A DNA stretch of 64,000 nucleotides. Source: a virus. Its lineage: Duplodnaviria > Caudoviricetes. Below are positions 58,502 through 64,000 of the stretch, in pieces (position 1 is the first letter of the stretch; the number at the start of each line of letters is the position of its first letter). Position numbers and translations under genes: made by a program. The stretch covers positions 20,757-84,756 of IMG/VR virus record IMGVR_UViG_3300044854_000085. The stretch is one strand, 5' to 3'. The notes beneath the pieces are model-generated. The model was not told the DNA's origin. It did not search any database and worked only from the letters and a program-made list of their open reading frames with translations.

Positions 58502-59233
58502 ATGCCAAACGAATTTCAGCCCGGGAGCGCATCCACCAAAAGGAACGAGCGCATCGCGGCTGGCATAGTCGGCCTTCTTGTCATCGGCCTGATTGCGAAC
58601 TGGGGCCTGGGCCCGAAAGATCCGTCGTCCGAATCATCGGAGACCGCCCCTACAACAGCCGCCGCATCGGCCAGCGCAACGCACCCCCAAACAGCGCGGA
58701 GTGTCGCAATTCCCGCGCAAGCAGCGCCAACTGCCGCAATTCCCGCCACCACCCGCAAGAGTTCCGGTGAATGGCGTGTGTCGAACGAAAAATCGGAAAT
58801 GGACGGCTCGGCAAAAGTCGGGCTATTTCTCGATGCAAATAATGAAGTTGATGGATGGCTAAAAACGCAGAGGCCAAAATTGGTGATTCGATGCCAGGAA
58901 CATAAGACGGATCTCTACGTGAACACCGGCATGCCGGCGAACCCGGAATATGGCTCCTTTAACGAATATACCGTGCGTCTTCGGTTAGATCAAAAGCCGC
59001 CAACGCGCCAATCATGGGGTCAATCCACTAATAACGAATCGCTCTTTGCTCCGAGCGCAATTCAGTTAGCGAAGCAACTCGCCACAGCCGAAACTTTGAT
59101 CTTCGAATTTACGCCATTCAATTCGTCGCCGGCACGCGCCGAGTTTAATGTTTCGGGGCTGAATGAGCACTTGAAGGAAGTGGCGCAAGCCTGTGGATGG
59201 AACTCTGCGGGCAAGGTCGCGGACGTTCAGTGA
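58502..59233 (+). CDS. Membrane-anchored VasI-like protein
   Basis: N-terminal TM, Ala/Thr/Pro linker, LVIRCQE..TDLYV, VRLRLD..P..W..ST..LFAP, FTPF..AEFNVSGL. Confidence 0.6.
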   Translation: MPNEFQPGSASTKRNERIAAGIVGLLVIGLIANWGLGPKDPSSESSETAPTTAAASASATHPQTARSVAIPAQAAPTAAIPATTRKSSGEWRVSNEKSEMDGSAKVGLFLDANNEVDGWLKTQRPKLVIRCQEHKTDLYVNTGMPANPEYGSFNEYTVRLRLDQKPPTRQSWGQSTNNESLFAPSAIQLAKQLATAETLIFEFTPFNSSPARAEFNVSGLNEHLKEVAQACGWNSAGKVADVQ

Positions 59234-59340
59234 TGCCAAGCCTTGGAGGCCCCTGGGCAATCACGACCAGAGTATTTTTGCCCGTTCCAGGCCTCCCTCA
59301 CGCTCGATTGTTTCTCAGAATGAAAGGAAGGACTGTATCT

Positions 59341-59814
59341 ATGAAGTCTGTTGTTAGCTTGATTCTCTGTCTCGCAATTCCCGCCATGCTCGTCGCCGCG
59401 GATGCGACGCCAAACTACGAAGTCAAATACGATGGCGGCTCACTACCAAACGTCAAGTCGGGCTCCGACCTGAAGCTATTCATCGATGGCAATACGGTGA
59501 GATTCATGAAGGACAAGAAGGAAGTCGCGAGCATTCCGGCCGCGACGATCACCGAAGTCAGTTATGGGCAAGATGTACACCGTCGCGTCGGAACGGCTGT
59601 CGCGGTGGGGATGGTCTCATTCGGCATTGGTGCGTTGACGGCTCTCAGCAAATCGAAGAAGCATTTCGTCGGCTTGACCTGGGCAAATGGCGATCAAAAA
59701 GGCGGTCTCGCGATTCAATGCGATAAGGACGAGTACCGTGGGATCCTGGCAGCGCTTGAAGGCGTGTCCGGCAAGAAAGCCGTCGATTCAGCGACGATGA
59801 GTGTAAAGAACTAA
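59341..59814 (+). CDS. Exported hypothetical protein
   Basis: Signal peptide; YGQDVHRRVG..SKSKKHFVGLTW, a pattern I recall from Acidobacteriota proteins (unverified). Confidence 0.7.
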   Translation: MKSVVSLILCLAIPAMLVAADATPNYEVKYDGGSLPNVKSGSDLKLFIDGNTVRFMKDKKEVASIPAATITEVSYGQDVHRRVGTAVAVGMVSFGIGALTALSKSKKHFVGLTWANGDQKGGLAIQCDKDEYRGILAALEGVSGKKAVDSATMSVKN

Positions 59815-59875
59815 CCGGCGAGCCGCAGCCCTGGAGGGCCCCTGCGGCTTTCGTATCGACCGCGACAACCTGCCG

Positions 59876-60517
59876 TCATCCTTCAGATAACGAATCCGCC
59901 AGACGCCGCAGCGCGGCGGCATGCTTTTCAAGATCGCGCTTGAGATCGAGATATGTGATACCGGAAGGGAATGTTCCGTCCACGATCGCGGAATGGAAAT
60001 CGGGCTCCGTCGTACGTACGCCGTTCAAGTGAAAATTGTAGATCGTCCGAAATTCCCAGAGCTGTTTGTGGCGCCACTCCGAAATAGATTGCGGAAGAGC
60101 TGTTGAGGAAAGTGGACGGATCAGCGGGCTGTCGGCCGCACTCTTTTCCTGATCGTAGATATGCCAGACTTCTTCGAGTTTCCGCACTAAAAATTCCGCC
60201 TGACCCGCCTTGCTGTGGATCGCGCCGGCGCGGCCTAACCGTTTGGGGTCCGGGCGTGTTTGTGCAGCGAAATCGCCGCGGGAAGCAATCTGCGCACTGC
60301 GTCGCGCGTTTCGAACGTTCCACCAAATCGCGCCGGCAAGTCCGATCCATAAGAGGCCGGTACCGACGATATTGAGCGCGATCGCCATATAATCAGCGTT
60401 CGCGTCTTTCCAGTGCCGAATATTTAGATATATCCATACGACATTCACTGCGAGTGCAATGCCTCCAATAATTGGAGCGGCTGCGAGCAGTGGCGATGGC
60501 GGTTTCTGGTTGTCCAT
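59876..60517 (-). CDS. Two-TM membrane protein
   Basis: Two hydrophobic helices followed by a soluble domain. Confidence 0.6.
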   Translation of the reverse strand: MDNQKPPSPLLAAAPIIGGIALAVNVVWIYLNIRHWKDANADYMAIALNIVGTGLLWIGLAGAIWWNVRNARRSAQIASRGDFAAQTRPDPKRLGRAGAIHSKAGQAEFLVRKLEEVWHIYDQEKSAADSPLIRPLSSTALPQSISEWRHKQLWEFRTIYNFHLNGVRTTEPDFHSAIVDGTFPSGITYLDLKRDLEKHAAALRRLADSLSEG

Positions 60518-60673
60518 ATCGCTCCTCGTAGCGATTTCCTTGAGAATTGAATCTGGCCGACAACAGGCCAAGGTATCCCGCGTTCGCTTCGGTTCATGAC
60601 GCCGGAGCTAGACGGCCAGATGGAATCCATTTTACCGTTTGGGCCGCGTGACTGTGCGCGGTGCTGACGAGGC

Positions 60674-60955
60674 TTAGCGGCGTGCAGAGTCCTGCGAGTG
60701 ATCTATTTTGAAGACGAGCCGAATACTGAACTCTTCCCCGCCCGCCGTCTTCGCGGCCCTAAGACTCTCCAAGAATTGCGCCACGATGTCATAGATCGGC
60801 CGCTGCCCGGCGATTTGCTTTCGGCATTCTGGACAGACTGTGGGCGCTTGAAATTGCGCGTTCGTCGTCAAAGATAGCGAGGCGCCGCATCTACAATCAA
60901 AGCGAATTGCCGCGATGTCATCCAGTCCACAGACGAAGTTGTGTTCTTGCACCAT
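60674..60955 (-). CDS. Small Zn-ribbon protein
   Basis: FDCRCGA...CPECRK. Confidence 0.55.
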   Translation of the reverse strand: MVQEHNFVCGLDDIAAIRFDCRCGASLSLTTNAQFQAPTVCPECRKQIAGQRPIYDIVAQFLESLRAAKTAGGEEFSIRLVFKIDHSQDSARR

Positions 60956-61119
60956 TCCTCCATTTTGTCACCGGGCTTACCAACCCAAACACCCCATCAA
61001 CATCGTCCAACACAAATCGCAGGTATTGATATGGCGCTTCACGATGGCCCGATCTTCCGGCGACCACTTGCGGAAGAGATCCGCGCGGACGTAGTGGCGC
61101 TGTCCTCCGGGAAGCAGGA

Positions 61120-61509
61120 CTAGCTCAGGTTTCGTTTTTTTTGCGATGCCTTCATGCGGGCAGCCTTCTCGGACAGCGCTTCGAGATTGACTCGGATACC
61201 GTGAACGAGGTCGCCCACTTTGCTGTTAAGGATTACGGACAACATTCGATGAAATTCGTGGTGTTCTCGAGGAACCGTCTCCAACCGGAAGCCAAGCAGG
61301 AAATCTTCAAAATCCACACCGCACTTCGAAAGCAATTCCGCGTAGTGCTCAATGGTCGGGTTGGCGCGGCCAGCCTCGATATCGTGGATATAGGTTCGAT
61401 CGCGTTTTGTAAGCTTAGCGAGTTTCGTCACACTTAAACCGGCATCCAGGCGAAGCCGCTGCAAGCGCTCACCCATGAGTTTCTTGGCCCGTTCCACCCT
61501 CACATCCAC
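61120..61509 (-). CDS. CI-like XRE-family repressor (no peptidase domain)
   Basis: GERLQRLRLDAGLSVTKLA..DRTYIHDIEAGRANPT. Confidence 0.85.
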   Translation of the reverse strand: MDVRVERAKKLMGERLQRLRLDAGLSVTKLAKLTKRDRTYIHDIEAGRANPTIEHYAELLSKCGVDFEDFLLGFRLETVPREHHEFHRMLSVILNSKVGDLVHGIRVNLEALSEKAARMKASQKKRNLS

Positions 61510-61604
61510 GCCTAAACTCTAGATGGCTCGTAGCCTACAGGCGCGAGAATTTTTATGTTGGTTGTAATAGGCCATCTTGATGTAGGCTAATAACCACTAG
61601 TCTA

Positions 61605-61862
61605 ATGACGCAGACTGAACGACAAATTGCTGGAGCAAACATCCGACGACGGCGGGAAGCGGAAGGATTGTCAGTCACGAAGCTCGCAGCGGAGCTCGAC
61701 ATCGAGCGTACCTATTTCTATGACATTGAGAACGGCACGGCGAACGTGACGTTCGAAAAGTTCGAGCGCATCGCCGAGTACTTCCGAGTGACCGTCCGCG
61801 ATTTATTAGAACCGCCTCCTCGAGGAGGCAAACGCAGCGAATTGGCCGGGAGTCGTCGATGA
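61605..61862 (+). CDS. Cro-like XRE-family regulator
   Basis: GANIRRRREAEGLSVTKLA..ERTYFYDIENGTANVT; divergent from the CI-like gene. Confidence 0.85.
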   Translation: MTQTERQIAGANIRRRREAEGLSVTKLAAELDIERTYFYDIENGTANVTFEKFERIAEYFRVTVRDLLEPPPRGGKRSELAGSRR

Positions 61863-62023
61863 CCTTCGCGAACATCGCAATCGTTTTACTGTCCGTCGTG
61901 GTCGCCGCCATCCTCCCGATGGTCATTGCGTATGGATGTATCCGGTGGAGCGATCGACGGCAGTGGGAACGCTTGCTTGCAACTCGGGAGCGTCATCGCT
62001 TCCACCAAGAAAGGCAGGAGTAG
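61859..62023 (+). CDS. Small single-TM protein
   Basis: MTFANIAIVLLSVVVAAILPMVIAYG...; my translation; ATGA overlap and abuts the next ATG. Confidence 0.55.
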   Translation: MTFANIAIVLLSVVVAAILPMVIAYGCIRWSDRRQWERLLATRERHRFHQERQE

Positions 62024-62353
62024 ATGCGGCAGAAGTTCGAGGCAACCAACTACGCCGACAGCGACGGCAATCCCGCGGGAGGAAGCGTGCTGTCGACAGG
62101 CTTGTCGATCGTCTGGCAGGACGGGCCACTCGGACGCGGGGAAGAACGGCAAGAGCCGAACGGTGTGTTCGTGGAAACGGTGATCGCGGCGGCGCTGCAG
62201 CGGATCGAGTTCTACCAAGCCGCGCAGAACGGCAAATTCAAATGCCGTGAAAACGCCATTGCGATCACCAAACTAGAGGAGGCGTTGTTATGGCTCGACA
62301 AGCGGATCCGCGATCGGGAAGCGCGCGACGTCGAAGGCACGCACGCAGCGTAA
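62024..62353 (+). CDS. tad1: Tad1-like anti-defence sponge protein
   Basis: IVWQDGP..NGVF..QRIEFYQ..F.CRENAIAITKLEEALLWLDKRIRDREARDVEGT matches the Tad1 pattern as I recall it (FQKG..HGV..RL..FQ..RENA.ALT..EEAL.W..R..DR..R.VLGT). Confidence 0.8.
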   Translation: MRQKFEATNYADSDGNPAGGSVLSTGLSIVWQDGPLGRGEERQEPNGVFVETVIAAALQRIEFYQAAQNGKFKCRENAIAITKLEEALLWLDKRIRDREARDVEGTHAA

Positions 62354-62664
62354 CGGAAGCAGGTGCAATGGACACGCCACCGGACAATCGTTGCGCGGCC
62401 TTGGGCGAGAGAGTCGATTCCCTCTCTACCGACACAGAGATTTTGCTTGCCCTTGGGCAGGCCGCGCCGAATTGAGATTGAAGGAGAAGACAAAAAATTA
62501 GGGGCCTTTTGCGGAGGCCCCGATCTCAAACAAGATTTAGCGCCGTAGCAAGCGCTTGTCTCGTGTCCCCATGATTGTACGCCGGGGAACGGGACGGGAA
62601 AGGTCCCGAATTGCCCGAAAACGCCGCATTTTTGCGATTTTTTAGATGCAACGGAACCCGGCTC

Positions 62665-63021
62665 CTACAGGCCGACGTGTTTCGCCGTCAACGCGATCAA
62701 CAACTTCTCGGCGATCGCAAACGGCACGCTGGCGGCATGGTCCTTCAGTCTCGCCTTAAACCCCTGCCATACCTTTTCGTTGCGTGCGGCATCCAGGAAC
62801 TCGTGTCCGCGCCAGGTCATACTGATCGGAACCCAAAGGAAATCAGTTTTGTCGCCGAGATTCTTACCCTCGATCAGCCCGGCTTCCGCCAAAAGTTTCA
62901 CGTGATAGGAAATCTCCTCCGGCGAATATTCCGGGGCTTCGACCTTCATCCATTTCTTGCCGCTGCCGCGTTCTTCGACTTCCAGCAGAATCGTACGAAT
63001 CAAATCCATGTCTCGCTTCAT
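62665..63021 (-). CDS. DUF2513 family protein
   Basis: MKRDMDLIRTILL, SYHVKLL.EAGLIE, MTWRGHEFLDAAR..VW. Confidence 0.85.
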   Translation of the reverse strand: MKRDMDLIRTILLEVEERGSGKKWMKVEAPEYSPEEISYHVKLLAEAGLIEGKNLGDKTDFLWVPISMTWRGHEFLDAARNEKVWQGFKARLKDHAASVPFAIAEKLLIALTAKHVGL

Positions 63022-63068
63022 GCAATTCCATTGTTGCACGTGCGTGACGATAGATCCCGGCGGCAACG

Positions 63069-63485
63069 ATGAAGATCACCATCCAGATCGCCGACACCGA
63101 CGGACCGAACGTTTCCCCGATGGACAATGAAACGAAAACGGCGCCGGTCGAACTGGATGTTCATCTTTGGGCCGAACACATTCATGTCGAAGAATCTGAA
63201 GCCGATGAATCGGAGGGTGACGAGGTCACCCTCGAGGCTCTCATAACGGAATTCATTGCGATGTTCGATTCCGACTTCGACCGCGAATCCGTGAAGCAAG
63301 AGCATCGGATGGATCCGATCGAGGAACACGTCGTTCTCCTGCTTCGCACCGCCCGCGAATTTGAACGCCTGCGCGAAATGCTATTGAACGCCGTCTACCG
63401 CCGCGTCGAGATCGCCGCACAAGAAGCGCGCGACTGGGATCGCCATGTCAACGAACAGAATCGGAACCGGAGCGCGGCATCATGA
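63069..63485 (+). CDS. Acidic hypothetical protein
   Basis: 138 aa; ATGA overlap with the excisionase-like gene. Confidence 0.6.
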   Translation: MKITIQIADTDGPNVSPMDNETKTAPVELDVHLWAEHIHVEESEADESEGDEVTLEALITEFIAMFDSDFDRESVKQEHRMDPIEEHVVLLLRTAREFERLREMLLNAVYRRVEIAAQEARDWDRHVNEQNRNRSAAS

Positions 63486-63856
63486 GGCGCAAACCTGAAG
63501 ACTCTGACAGTCGCCTGCTGAGCACGGCTGCCGCCGCGGCGTACATCGGCGTCAGCAAAAACACGATGTTCGACTACGTGAAGATGGGCGTCGTTCCCAC
63601 GATCACATTGCCCGCGCGGATCGATGATGGCGGACTGAATGGCAAACAACGCCGACGATATCTGATCGATCGACAAGACCTTGATGCGCTCATAGAGCGT
63701 CGGAAAACCACCGCAGCGGAGCGCACGATTTGTGAGCCGACGCCGGGTCCTTTACATGGCCCTAATGAGGAAGGCCGTCCGGGATTTAAGCGGGTTAGGT
63801 ATCCGAAGGGATGGCATGTTAAGTACACGGCCGGAAAGGGTTTAGGTGAGCCATGA
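63482..63856 (+). CDS. xis: Excisionase-like HTH protein
   Basis: LLSTAAAAAYIGVSKNTMFDYV..GVVP..RYLIDRQDLDALIE; next to the tRNA fragment. Confidence 0.75.
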   Translation: MRRKPEDSDSRLLSTAAAAAYIGVSKNTMFDYVKMGVVPTITLPARIDDGGLNGKQRRRYLIDRQDLDALIERRKTTAAERTICEPTPGPLHGPNEEGRPGFKRVRYPKGWHVKYTAGKGLGEP

Positions 63857-63873
63857 CGGTAATGACTGGCGTG

Positions 63874-63912
63874 TTAGGAAACCGCTGCTCTATCCATCTG
63901 AGCTACGGGGCC
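63874..63912 (-). other. 5' half of tRNA-Arg(CCT), truncated after the anticodon loop; probable att site
   Basis: Minus strand GGCCCCG-TA-GCTC-AGATGGATA-GAGC-A-GCGGT-TTCCTAA, then CACGCC instead of the expected ACCGC and T arm. Confidence 0.85.
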
Positions 63913-64000
63913 AAGCTATTCAGACGATCACCCGCCGGTCGAATGGCCCTTTTGCCGGCCCTTTTGAGCGCCGTCGATGGCTGCGGCCGCGGCCGCAAGA

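Noticed and set aside
62490-62620. GGGAC/GTCCC repeats and a GGGGCC/GGCCCC hairpin as integrase arm sites
   Set aside because: Short, GC-rich and about 1.3 kb from the att core; more simply a terminator region between convergent genes.
1-64000. CRISPR array, rRNA, IS transposase, diversity-generating retroelement
   Set aside because: No regularly spaced repeat-spacer array, rRNA-like sequence, DDE motif or reverse transcriptase seen. The dispersed motif is short and not arrayed.

Overview
The window is almost entirely one GC-rich temperate siphovirus-like phage or prophage, probably of an Acidobacteriota host (an inference from the style of a few proteins). Left to right: tyrosine integrase, two different terminase small subunits, PBSX-type TerL, a portal-gpF fusion, HK97 protease and capsid, neck and tail genes with a -1 frameshift chaperone, an 1807-aa tape measure, tail tip and fibre genes, and lysis genes (about 1-35.8 kb). 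A leftward accessory/defence block follows (Type IIG-like RM fusion, PD-(D/E)XK protein, TIR-domain protein, Doc/AbrB pair; 36-43 kb), then a long leftward early operon (44-58 kb), exported-protein morons, a CI/Cro-like switch, a Tad1-like anti-defence gene, an excisionase and a tRNA-Arg(CCT) 5' half that looks like an att site. Main finding: a KDO biosynthesis pair (kdsA, kdsD) flanked by two sialyl/KDO-transferase-like genes, plus a methyltransferase and two more glycosyltransferase-like genes, interleaved with the head-tail joining genes, suggesting a phage-encoded KDO glycosylation system, possibly of the virion. Also notable: a dispersed RT(A/C)GGAGAA motif (15 copies), a tRNA-Glu inside the neck module, and a TIR protein and a Tad1-like sponge in the same genome. 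All family assignments come from motifs recognised by eye; no searches were run.
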